This document shows positions 1 through 11,200 of a stretch of 64,000 nt of DNA, piece after piece (the stretch's first letter is position 1; each line of letters starts with the position of its first letter). A model generated the notes under the pieces. The model did not search any database. It saw nothing but the letters and a program-made list of their open reading frames with translations, and was not told where the DNA came from. This stretch comes from Euglena gracilis (taxonomy: Eukaryota), in NCBI GenBank assembly GCA_039621445.1, contig CP154954.1, positions 2,790,001-2,854,000 on the forward strand, written 5' to 3'. A program made the translations under genes and the position numbers.

Positions 1-841
1 GGGCTTTCCAGCAACCGACCCATGAAATGGACCCCCGGTCTTATTTTTGGGGGGGGTTTAGTTTCTGAGACATGACAGTGTCCCGGAGGGGTTGTTTGGG
101 TCCCCAGAAGAAGCTTGCGATCCAGTTGCCACCACCCTTACAATTTTAAACCTTACATTTCCCATCCAGGTTGGTAAGTGTTTCCTGACACTTTCAGCAA
201 ATTGTGCCTATCAGCCTATTGTTCTTTTTCATCATTATTTATGTGTGTATGATTTTTTATTTGATTATTTTGTGTATGATTCTTTCGTCTGATTTGTCAA
301 CGTTCATGTCAATGAAATTCAAAGCTGTCATCCGTCGAAAAAGCCCGATTGATTTTGCTTCCGGGCCCCGATGCTAAAACGAGAGGGTTGCCACATGACT
401 GAAAGTACCATCCTGTCCATGGAGTTGTCTCCTGTCTGGAAAAGTCTTCTTCGGAGGACAGTGGCGCTGCTGTCTCTCAGGCCACAAGCCCACGACGTAC
501 CAGGAGTTTGTGAAGTCGCCCGAGAAGCGGCAGCGATATTGGGCGAGGGCATACCTCGGCTGGGACCGGTTTGCCCAGGCAAAGGTTTGTCTCCCCCCTG
601 TTTCCTTTCTTGAAAATATAGTTCCCAGCTTTTTTTTGGCCTCCTTTTGCAACATACTTGGAGGGTTGGAACCGCCGAGCAAGGTCGGGCTGGCAGTGCT
701 CGGTTGGCTGGGATGGCTGCTTGCAGGACAGGGGATGACAACTCTTTGATGACAATGACGAGACACGGGATGACAATAGCAAGTGCTTTGTGGTCCTCGG
801 ATGTGAGCCGGCTCTCCCCCTCCACCCCCCTCCCCCCACAG

Positions 842-3800
842 CCAAACGCCATACACTTCGCCCTGGCCGAGTTGGAGGCACGCGGACGGGTCCACCACAC
901 CCAACGCTGCCCCTGGACGAACGAATCGTGGCCATCCAGTCCCACCCCCCGTCCTGTGCAATTCTCACCCCCACAAAACGATCACAGAGCCCAGAAGACA
1001 CTGTCGGCCCAACATGGCAGCTTGGCCACTTTGGAAAGCTCCACAGATTTGTCACCCGGTTTGCACTCGCTGCCTCATGGACCGGGGGGGGGGGCAGATA
1101 CGTAGGTCCTTCCCCCCGCCGCCATGGGAAGTTCCCAGTGAAGGTTTGCGCCGTGCATTTTAAGCTGGCGGTTTTTTGATTTCCCAGACCCAGAACTGCA
1201 CGTGAAATTGTTTTGGTTTTATATGGTTGTGTGCTTGCTATTTTTTTTGTGCTTATCGACGGCCATTGAAGTTGAAGCAGAAGCGAACGAACCTGTTCGG
1301 TGACCACTTCCCTGGGGGGGGGGGTGAGCAAACCATGGCTGCCAGCCCCGGAACGGACACACGGACCGGCTCACTCTCCCGCCGGCCGCCGTGGCGCGGC
1401 AGCGGTGGCGCTGTGCTCACGCAGAACGTGGACGGGCTGCACACGGCGGCGGGCAGCCGGGCCGTCACGGAGCTGCACGGCAACGCCCGCTCCGTAGTCT
1501 GCCTCCAGGTCCCTTGCCCCATCCCTCACCGCTGTGATGGGGGGCCAGGACGTCTTAGCAGGACCTTTAAGCTGTAGGAACCCATCCCCCCCGGGGGGGG
1601 GGTGGCTTTTCCAGCCAGCCCATATTTTCCAGCCTCTGAGCTGGACCCAGGGATATGAAGGCTGTCAGTATTGGGTATGGGGGGCGACCCCCCCCCCCGG
1701 GCGGGCGGTGAGGTGGGGGTGTAAGGGGTACCTGGCCATACAGCAAACTGGGCCAGAAGCGAAGTTAGCGCCGGCCATGAACAGAGACACAGCCACAGTG
1801 CAACTAGGGGGGCGGTAAGGTGATAGGGGGGATCTGGATCCCCCCCCATGTGTTGGAGGGGGATCTGGATCCGGACCCCCCCTCCTCGGCAGGTTCCAAA
1901 AAAAGCGTGAACTTTTTTCCAGTGCTGCCACCGGAAAATGAGCAAAAAAAACACGTTTTGCTTCACTTTTGAGCACATTGCCTACCTTTTGATGTTTTTG
2001 TGTTTTCCAAGTCAGAAGTGTTCAAATTTTTTTTAAAAAAACATTTCAAAGAAAAATCAGGGATGTCCAACAATTTTGGCCTTGTATCTGGCCCTTTGCC
2101 TGTCCACAAAACCAAAAAAATTCCGGACCCATATCAGTTTCGATGTGGGGGGGGCTACCCCCCCCAAGGCTTCCCACCAGGCTTTTGCTTAAGGGATTGC
2201 AGTACCCCCCGGGGGGGGGGCTGGACTGCAGCTAGTCCAAATTTGGCTAGTGGGTTTTCTAGCAGCCCCCCCCCCCCCGGGGGGGTCTGCTAGCAGGGCT
2301 AGCTAGTGGAAATTTTTTTTCCAGTGACCGGCGCGAAGCGCCGAAAATTTTTTTGGGACCCCCAAAAATGGCCAAAAATGCCCGTTTTTGGCCATTTTTG
2401 GGAATTTTTGGAACAAAATCAGCCAAAAACCTGTTAAAAACCTCATTTTTCCTCCAGCGCACAGCGCCGGAGGAAAATTTTTTTTTCCAGTCCGGGGGAC
2501 CCCCGGGGGACCCCCACCCCCCCCCCCCCCCCGGGGGGGAGGGGGGGTCTAGCTAGTCCACTTTTTCCAGTGTCCAGCCGATTGGCTAGCCAGTACCCCC
2601 CCCCCCCCCGGGGGTCCTTAAGCAAAAGCCTGCTTCCCACACATCCCCCAGAGGTACGCTTGAGCCCTGTGGGGGGCCTCTCAGATCTGGTTGGGTCGAG
2701 CAACGACATGAAACAGGGCAGTGTCCATGGGTTTGGTGGCAATTCGTGCCCCAAGGCAAATGCGACCGGATTGACACGAGAGGGCACCCCTTCAGGTCGA
2801 CCCTTCCACCACCCTTTGCACTTCACCCAACGCCAAATCCATCCACTGCGCCCTGACCGAATCGGAAGCACGCGAGCTCCGTCGGTGTCCAATTGCCCGA
2901 TGCCGCCGTCGGCAGCCACATTCCAAGTTGCTGCATCCCCTCCCTTGGCTGCACCCACTTATCGGGCCACAAATTGAAGGTCGCCGAAGGTCACAGGCCA
3001 CCCCAAAAAGTTTGATTTCCCCCCCAGTATAAAGCCTGAGGGTTTTGAAATCCTGTCCAAATTTGAAGCCGGGGGGCTTTTGTATTTGGGGGGGTATTTA
3101 GGCATGCCGCGATTTCCAGTGCGTATCTTCTTCCCACGGGGGGGGGGGAGTGACCTTTGGGTGATAAGGTGGGCATCACAGAGGAGGGGGACAACTGCCC
3201 GCCCCGAAGTGGTCCAGAGCTCCTGGGCACCCCAAGACCCTTCCCAAAGGATCAGGTTTTTTTCTTCGACGCTCCAGCCGAAGGAAGCTCAGGGTTCTGG
3301 CATATTTCTACCAAATAATCATCCGTGTTAGCTTTTTGGTCGATTTTCAAGGGTGAACAAATGCAGCAGGGAGCTCCCCTGGCAGCTGGAGGGGGGGGCA
3401 TTGGAGTGTTCCAAGGGGGGGGGGTGACAGGGCCACCCGGTACCACTTCTCGACGTTTTGGTCCGGCGGCCCGGGAAGCGCAGCCAAAGTGGACATCTTG
3501 CACTGGATTCGGGGAGGCTGTTGTCCTGTTTATAGGAATGGGATCGGGGTTGGGATCGGCGTGCCGAAATTGGTCAACTTCAGGGTCCAAGTTAGGCCGG
3601 AAGAAATGTCTACGTTCGAGAAAATTTTTGGAAATAAATTTTAGCAAAAAAAATTGTTCGAATTCTGCCTAAATTCCTGACTGCGTCCAAAATGCGGCCT
3701 CACTTTTCCCAACTTCCTAAAAATGGGAGCCTACCGGGAGTCAGGCCGGAACCCTGACCCCAACTTTGACTTTCCCTAAACGTGGAACTGGGTGGCCCCA

Positions 3801-6800
3801 TATGCCCTCCTCCCCCCCGGTGCACCCCCGCCCCCCCCCCCCAAAGGGCGTTAAGGTGCTTTCTGCCACAAATTCATCCGGACGGGTTGCAGCAATGCAG
3901 CAGGAATGTGGCCATCGAAGGTGGCATCGGGAGCTCGCGTGCTTCCGATTCGGCCAGGGCGAAGTGGATGGATTTGGCTTTGCGGCGGGGGTTGAAGTGC
4001 AAAGGAGGCGGGGGGTCGACCTGAAGGGGTGCCCACTGTTACGAATTGCCACCAAACCCATGGACGCCCGAGGTGACAGCTACCCAAGGGAGGCAACTTC
4101 CGGTCCTCTGATCGGGAGAAACGGCAGTGCATTTTTTCGCCAAATTCCCAAAGAAACTTTCAAAGACGTGTCCTTTCGGGGGGGGGGTGATTATTGGAAT
4201 AGGAAAACGTGTACACACAATGGCCATGCGCGTGAATGCAGCCATGCAACAAAGTGTTTTGTTGTCGACGATGGTGGGCGATGCTGGACCCTGGGCCAGG
4301 GTTGACCAGAGGTACTCGCCCCCCCCCCCCCCAGTGCGGCGCTGTTTCGCCGCGGACGGAGCTGCAGCACCGCATGGCCGCCGCCAACCCACGGTGGGTG
4401 GGCCAGGCCTTAGCTTGAGGATTGCCCCCGGAGGCGGGCGGCTGGTCTGCAACCCGTCCAAACACCGGCCGGTGGGATTTGTATTGGACCACCCCACCAC
4501 TCTGGGGCTGCAGTGAGGGTCTGCTCTTAACCCCAGCCAAAACGCCAGCTTTGGGCATTTTTGGGGGTTTCGGGAATAAAATTTGCTAAAAACACACTTG
4601 ATTTCCGCATCGGTGGCTGGAGGAGGTATTTTTTTTTTTTGCAGCCGGGCTGACACCCCGACGTGGCGGGGGAGGTTCGGGCCGAGCCAGTGGTGTTCCG
4701 AGCCCCAGCCAGGGGTCCTGGAGCAGACGCCTGGGGTGGGCCATGGGCTGCGGGACTGGGCCCAAATGCGGCCCGACGGGGACGCCGAGAGCAGCCTGGC
4801 CGAGGCCCCTGCCCCGCGGGGCAAGCGCCCTTCCCCCCTCCCCCCGCATCTGGCCGGGCGGGGGACAGGCTTAAACTCCCGGACCCTCCCCGATACCCCA
4901 GCCCATACCAGCCCACATCTAAACAATGCGCTTTGGTTTGAGGTCCCAGAACAACCCCCCAATTATGACATTCTTCCATTGAATATTTCCAGAATAGAGA
5001 ACACATGTTAAAATAAACTTACAGAAGTGAAAATAAATATGCACCTGATGACGTTCAGCTCCTCGGTTTGAGCGTCCAATACACAGTGTGTTAGGTATTC
5101 GCCGGAGGGGTTCATTACATACAGGGTGCTGCAAAACTGCCCCGGCCTCGAGTGCGGGCGCCGCGGCTGACCCCCAGCTCTTCGCCGTGCCTGACTGCAC
5201 GGCGTGTGGCGGCGTGCTGAAGCCGCACGTCGTGATGTTCGGGGAGAGCATCCCCAAACACGTTGTGCAGGCGTGGCAATGCTGGCTGTTTATAATGATA
5301 ATTATTGCATTATATTTACCTCCCCCCCCCCTTGTCTAAGCACCACCCTTGTCTAAGCACCACCCCCCCGGTTCTTACCCATCTTTTTACAGGTCATCGT
5401 CACGGGGAGGTTTATTTTGTGTGCATTTTTAAGGGAAATTTCTCAGAAATTTCGAAGTTTCTCCACCTTATGAGCCCTGATTTAGAGAGGTATTGTTTAT
5501 TTCTGCATCCAAAGGTGTGTAAGTTCCAGGGACCTCAAATTAAGGGTAATTTTGCCTTCGGCGCGAAGCGCCGGATGCAGTCAAAATTTTCCCCCTTGTC
5601 TGCACACCCCCCTGGTTCTTACCCATCTTTTGGTTCTTAGACAATGAGGTTATAAAATATGTAATTAGATATAATAATTATAATCAATAATATAATAATT
5701 ATATTATTATATTATAATAATAAAAATTAAATAGTCATATGTTATTATAAATGATTTTCTGCATTTATTGTATTTATTATATTTATACATTATATTTTGC
5801 ATAATATTTTTTATTTGATATCATCATTCGCATACTGAATCTGAAATTCATGCAAAATGTGAGTCGTTTGACAACAAGAGACAGGACGTTCTCTGGCAAA
5901 TCTTTCCAAGTCTTGTCGCCAAGAGCCGGTGTTTCTCTCAGAACTCCGACCCCATTTCGTCCCTTCGTCCCTGCCCAATCCATGACCTTTCTCTTGTAGT
6001 GCGGCTACGAGCAGTCCAGGCTGGCTCCTCCACAGCTTGCTGGCATAGGGCAGGGGGGAATCGATAACCGCAGTTTGCCGCAATTTGCCCGCTGGCCTCC
6101 GATATCAATTCCCCCTCTGACGTGGGGCGTTTCTGATGCATAGAATGCCGGTCTGTTTTGGAACAGAATACGCGGTACTCTGCCGCCCCCACAGGGTGCG
6201 TGTGGTGGTAGTGTGGCCAACTGAAAAGGCGTGTTGCTGCTTGTCCGTTGCTGGCAAGGGACCGGCATTTGCCCCAAACGGCCTCGCTGGGGGATGGCTC
6301 TCCGGTGGGGGCGGTCTGCCCCCGCTGGACCAGAGTGACTTACTCCTGGCCCTGGGCACGTCGCTGCAGGTCCCGTCCATCTTTCGGTATGCCCTCGGCC
6401 CAAAGTGTCGGGGCCCCCCTTCTTTTGTTCTTAAATAACACACTATTTTTTTGATTGGCACCTTCTCTGGTGGGCTGAAGTCAATCTGGTTCACATCTGT
6501 CCTATCCAGGGTTTTTTTTTAGTCTTGGACCACGGGGGGGGGGTAGGGTGGGTGTCCGGCCGAGCCCGGGGGGGGGGGTGAGATAATACTTTTCGGCGGT
6601 GAAATTTTTTTGAAAAGGTGCTATTTTTAGCATTTTTCGCGATTGTTTGGCCATTTTCGGGGAAAATTGAGTGGGTCCCCCGGGACCCCACCCCCCGGCC
6701 CCCCAGGGGGTGGGTGCAGGGTTCGATATAAGGAGGGCGTACATGGTTTAGGTGGGGGGGGTGTCCCCCCCACCCCCCCCCCCCCCTCCTGGCCCGCAGG

Positions 6801-7378
6801 GGGGGGCCCGCACCCCCCCCCCCCCCACCTGCAAGGGGGGTCCGGACCGACCCTCGGGGGGTACCCGGGACCCCCCCCCAAAAAGGGTCAATTTTTTCCT
6901 CCGGCGCTTTGCGCCGAAAATTTTTTGCATTTTTGGCCAATTTTTGCCCAAAAAGTGCCCAAAATGGCACTTTTGGTCGTTTTGGGGGGTCAAAATTTTT
7001 CGGCCCGGCGCTTCGCGCCGGGCCGAAAATCGGTCACCCTGACCGCGCCACTGTTTAGGTGGGGGGGGGGGGGGTGTCCCCCCCCACCCCCCCCCCACCT
7101 GAGCCCGCAGGGGGGGGTCCGGACCACCCCCCCTCCTCTCCTTATATCGAACCCTGGGTGGGTGGGGGGACCTTCCCTTCCCCCCAGGTCTTAAAAAAGC
7201 CCTGGCCCCATCTCCTGCGTATCCCCTGCCATGGCCCAGGTACATCCGCCACGCCCACGCCAACAAGGTGCCCATCGTCATCGCCAACGTTGGGCCCACG
7301 CGCGGCGACGACCTGGCCTGCCTGAAGGTGGAGGCCCGCTGCGGGGAGGTCGCCGCCCACCTGCGCTCCTGCGCGTGA
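842..7378 (+). CDS. NAD-dependent sirtuin, SIRT4/class II-like (5' end upstream of or not found in window); exons 842-898, 1413-1508, 4335-4400, 4739-4797, 5156-5270, 6000-6013, 6324-6386, 7240-7378
   Basis: Spliced translation is continuous: [202 protein letters not shown]. It contains the sirtuin motifs [12 protein letters not shown], two CxxC, LKPxVVxFGE and GTSL, plus SIRT4-type PDGD and GPTRGD. Confidence 0.95.
899..1412 (+). other. Non-conventional intron (sirtuin)
   Basis: No GT/AG. 5' ACC-CAACGCTGCC pairs with 3' GGCAGCGGTG-GCGCT in the +4/-6 register; removal joins RVHH to VLTQNVD. Confidence 0.9.
2178..2632. mobile_element. hAT-type MITE, family A (free copy inside a GT-AG intron)
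   Basis: Perfect 17-bp TIR CAGGCTTTTGCTTAAGG; perfect 8-bp TSD CTTCCCAC (2170-2177, 2633-2640). Confidence 0.95.
2723..4065. repeat. Long inverted repeat, arms about 2723-2935 and 3888-4065
   Basis: GTCCATGGGTTTGGTGGCAATTCGT...GGGCACCCCTTCAGGTCGACCC...CCGAATCGGAAGCACGCGAGCTCC in the left arm recurs reverse-complemented in the right arm, with indels. Confidence 0.85.
4401..4738 (+). other. Non-conventional intron that is a family A MITE (element 4404-4733)
   Basis: CAG at +4..+6 and CTG at -8..-6; perfect 8-bp TSD GGGTGGGC (4396-4403, 4734-4741). Ends match the 2178-2632 element at 14/17 (left) and 18/22 (right). Removal gives [22 protein letters not shown]. Confidence 0.85.
4798..5155 (+). 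other. Non-conventional intron (sirtuin)
   Basis: 5' GGC-CGAGGCC pairs perfectly (7 bp) with 3' GGCCTCG-AGTGC; Y|R...Y|R borders; frame preserved (ct|g = Leu). Confidence 0.9.
5317..5652. mobile_element. TA-flanked MITE (Tc1/mariner/pogo-like geometry)
   Basis: TACCTC(C)nTTGTCTAAGCACC ... GGTTCTTAGACAATGAGGTTA inverted ends bounded by TA. Confidence 0.55.
6014..6323 (+). other. Intermediate intron: GT start, non-conventional 3' end
   Basis: 5' GTC-CAGGCTG pairs with 3' CGGTCTG-CCCCC (CAG/CTG in the +4/-6 register); no AG at the 3' end; joins ca|g (Gln). Confidence 0.75.
6507..7204. mobile_element. hAT-type MITE, family E (hosts a nested element)
   Basis: CAGGGTTTTTTT...AAAAAAGCCCTG ends; degenerate TSD GTCCTATC/GCCCCATC (6/8); internal similarity to 48069-48378 and 20709-20948. 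Confidence 0.75.
6717..7156. mobile_element. hAT-type MITE, family C (nested in family E)
   Basis: Perfect 16-bp TIR CAGGGTTCGATATAAG; perfect TSD GGTGGGTG (6709-6716, 7157-7164). Confidence 0.95.
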
Positions 7379-8419
7379 CACTGCGTCATACCGAACCCTG
7401 TTTCCGTTTCACACAACACAGCACACACAACTGCAAAATACCCCTCCCCCAGACTGTTTGGTCGAGAGCCCTTGGCGTCTCATCATCCTCCTGCTTGACC
7501 CCCCCATTTGGGTGCCTATCACCCCCCTGCCAGGTTGTTGATGTTCCATGTGAGACATGCCCAAGCTTCGTGTGAAACATGTCTTCTGGCGCAGTCAGGA
7601 CACCCAGTGGTCAAAGTTTTCACAGTTGCCCCTGCGGTCGTAGGGCACAAGACCGCATCCTGAATACATTTGACGGATCTCGGCGCAACTGCTTGGGACT
7701 GTCAAAAAGTGGTAACTTTGTGCGGTTCGATTTGTCCTATTGGGCGGAATTTTGGCCTAAGATCAGGTATCATTTGATTCGAATTCTCTCAATAAAAAAA
7801 ACACCTAGGATTACGCGGTATGCGGTCGCCCCAGCTGAAACCCTGACCCCATCAGGAGGATACCAACTTAGGCGGCCTGATCTCGCACTTGGTTGCGCAA
7901 AATCCAATCCTGAGTTATGAATAAATTACATCCAATCTGTTCCTGGAAATGAAGGCACTTTATAGGTATACTTCAGACTCTTTATGGGTTGGACAATGAA
8001 GATGGCGCCCCTTCCCCCACGTTTTACAGCTTCTTGTAAATGTCTGCCAAGTAATCCCCCAAAGGCCTCCAAAATGAACAAACCTTCTTATGAGGAGAAA
8101 GAAGGTCGAGCTTGTTTTTTTTCAACACAACGTCACAAAGACAGTTAGTGGTAATGATAAATCTTGTTTTCAGGATCCACCATTGGTTTGAATACAAATG
8201 AGCTTTGGTGCTCCAGAAATGAACGTGAACAAAAAAATAATCTCTGTAAAAAGAGTCGGGGGCTTGATGGCTTTGCTTTTCACCCAGTTTCAGCCTGCTG
8301 TTCCCTTCACCGTTTATGTTATTGGTTTTTTTGGTCTGCAGCCGGCATGGCTCTCCGCTGATGCTCTTCTCCGATGGAAAACGGCGAAGTGGCCATTTCC
8401 ATCGAGGGCCCCGCGGTCT

Positions 8420-11200
8420 TGCATTCCGCGGCGCCCAGCGGTCTGCCCATTCGCTTCTTCGTGGCGGTGACGCTGTCCCGTGGACAGGGCGGCTGTGTGC
8501 GGGGTGGGGGATGGCGGCCAAGGCAAACACATCTCGTTGTAGCACAGTTACGGCATCGGCATCTGTCATTCCACGAGTCATACATCTCATTGAGGTTTTG
8601 CAGTGGGTGCCGACCCCCTCCCCCCCCCTCCCGGTCTTAAAAAACCCCTGTTTGTGATGGTTTTCTAGATTTCTTTGATGTGAATTGGTTTCCATTTTGG
8701 ACAAACAGGGTGATAAATACGTAGCCATTTTTTTTCTGTGCAACTGAGGACTGTGACCATTTTTGAATACCTTTTTATTTTGTACCGGTGGCAAGGTTCT
8801 GTCAGCTGCTGATGGAACCCGATCAACCACCTCTTTAAGGACCCCAGGGGGATTGCTGGAGTGCTGAAAATTTGGGCTGGCTGTCCAGCCCTTCTGGCTG
8901 GCTGGGCTAGCAGCGACCCCTGGCAGGGGGGGGAGAGCTGCTGGGCCAAACAAAGTTTGGTAGGTTGACTCAGTTTTTGACAGGGATGGGATCATATCCA
9001 GGCATTTGCGTAAGGGATTGCAGTACCCCCCCGGGGGGGGTGGACAGCAACTAGTCCAAATTTGGCTAGTGGGATTTCTAGCAGACCCCCCCGGGGGGGG
9101 GGTTTGCAAGCAGGGCTAGCTAGTGGAAATTTTTTTTCCAGTGACCGGCGGCGCGAAGCGCGGAAAATTTTTTTTGGGACCCCCAAAAATGGCCAAAAAT
9201 GCCCGTTTTTGGCCATTTTTGGGAATTTTTGGAACAAAATCAGCCAAAAACCTATTAAAACCCTCATTTTTCCTCCGGCGCTGTGCGCCGGAGGAAAATT
9301 CTTTTCCAGCCCCCCCCCCCCCCCCCCCCCCCCCCGGGGGGGGAGGGGGGGTTCTAGCTAGTCCATTTTTTCCAGTGTCTAGCCGATTGGCTAGCCAGTA
9401 CCCCCCCCCCGGGTCCTTAAGCAAATGCCTGATCATATCGCGCCCCAGTATTCTGTTCTGTTATCTTTTTCTCTGCCACCATGTTGTTGGGTCGCTACTT
9501 TCCTCTTTGTCTTCCCCCCCTCCTCTGCCATCCCCCTACCAAAGCCTAATCTCTTCAAAATTGGCTTCACCTTGAATCCTTGTGGGATTCTACCTTGGCC
9601 AAAACAAAGACTATATCACAGTTCTCACATCATTGACCCTGCTCATGATCGTTCGGAAACCCGCCCATCTGAAGGCCCTGTGGTGGTGCGCTTTGGCAGG
9701 TGACTCCCTCATTGTTCCCATTTTGGAGGTCCTCGTGAAACACACACGAAACGGTCCACACTGGGAAACGATCCCCCCCCCCTTCGGAGAAACATTCACC
9801 AGAAACATCAGAAATACACGGAATCCATCCGCTGCTGTTCCTCAGGCACGAGAGCATTGGCGACCTAAAGGACCACCTCCGGCAAACCGTCCTGCCGGAG
9901 GGCAACTGGAATGTGCGACTGGTGGTGCAAGGTCCGACGGTGTTGTGTCTTCCTCTTGGCGCTCTACCATTTCCACCATACATCTCTTTAAGGACCCCGG
10001 GGGGGGGTTGCTGGGCTAGGGCTAGAAATTTGGCTGGCTAGAAATTTGGGCTGGCTAGAAATTTGGGCTGGCTAGCCCCCCCCCCCCCCCCGGGGGGGGG
10101 GGGGGGGCTGGACCCCGGCTGGACCCGAACCGGGCGAGCTGACTGATATCAGAAAACTGCCCAAAAATGTCCTGCAGAACACAGTTTTGAAAAAATGGTG
10201 CATCTGAAACCCCCCAAAAATGGCCCAAATGCCCCACAAACCACATAGTTAGCCACTTTTGAACACAGTTTTTCAAAAAATTTCGGCGCTTGCGCCGAAA
10301 ATTTTTGGGCTGGACCCCCAAAAAGGGGCTGGCTAGCTAGGGCTAGCAGCACCCCCCCCCCCCCCCCCGGGGGGGGGGGGGGTGCTGCGGCTGGGCTGGG
10401 CCCAAATCGGGGCTGGCTGCACCCCCCCCCCCCGGGGGGGTTCGCAAAACCTTAGAGAGATGTATGATTTCCACACCATTTTTTTTTTTCGCAGGGCTGC
10501 CCACCCTCCCGGAAGTTGCTCTTCCCCTCTTTGCTCGTTGACCTGTCCTCTTGGAAAGCGTCTCCTCGCCTTGCACCCACCAACCTGATATCGCAATTCC
10601 TCTTCTTTGAAAACAATAATGATTTTCTGAGGTTTAGAAATTTGAGTCTTGTCTCCAGGCTTCTGAATTTTTTTTGGATTTTTGTGTTGGTTGGTCGAAA
10701 GATGTGCACCTTTTCCCTCAGACCTGACCCCCCCCCCCCAGGAAATTGTCCCTGCTGCGAACTTGCTGACCTGTCCTCATAGGCGCAGGTCTCCTACCAG
10801 TTTCCCTGAGGGGTTCGTTCCCCTGTCTAAGGCACACCGTGCCATCGACCCTCTGTGCCAACAGCACTTTCTGGGGCAACAGGGGCTTCTCATTCATGCA
10901 TTGTGGCATTGACTCACCGTGTCATTGAACCCCCCCTGTCAACTGCACATCCGTAGAACATTTCTGTGCCTTGGACAAGGGAGGAGGAATGGGTCCACGG
11001 TGGCAGTTAGCGAGTCCCGGCGGAGAATAGTTTCGCAGGGAGCATAAAGCTTCGCCCATTTCCACCCCTCGAGCACTGCCCCATTTCAAACCCGTCCATC
11101 CTCAACAGCCGCTCTCCGCAGGCCGACAGTGCTCCGACGGCCACACCCTGCAACAGGCAGGCATCACGTACGGCGGCAAGGTGTTGGCCATCTGCTCCCC
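8420..11200 (+). CDS. Possible ubiquitin-like domain fragment (exon ending about 8465 joined to exon about 11120-11200)
   Basis: The join reads ...SGLPIRFFVA|GRQCSDGHTLQQAGITYGGKVLAICS, resembling the C-terminal half of a Ubl fold (RLIFxGxxLxDxxTLxxxGIxxG). The junction is only weakly supported and the rest of the gene is unresolved. Confidence 0.35.
8999..9431. mobile_element. hAT-type MITE, family A
   Basis: TIR CAGGCATTTGC(G/T)TAAGG; perfect TSD ATCATATC (8991-8998, 9432-9439); closely similar to 2178-2632. Confidence 0.95.
9977..10466. mobile_element. hAT-type MITE, family B
   Basis: TIR CATACATCTCT(T/C)TAAGG; perfect TSD ATTTCCAC (9969-9976, 10467-10474); GCTGG/GCTAG-rich interior. Confidence 0.92.

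Noticed and set aside
3290-3756. CAGGGTTCTGGC...GCCGGAACCCTG as another MITE
   Set aside because: Inverted ends are present but the flanks (AGGAAGCT, ACCCCAAC) show no TSD, so it was left uncalled.
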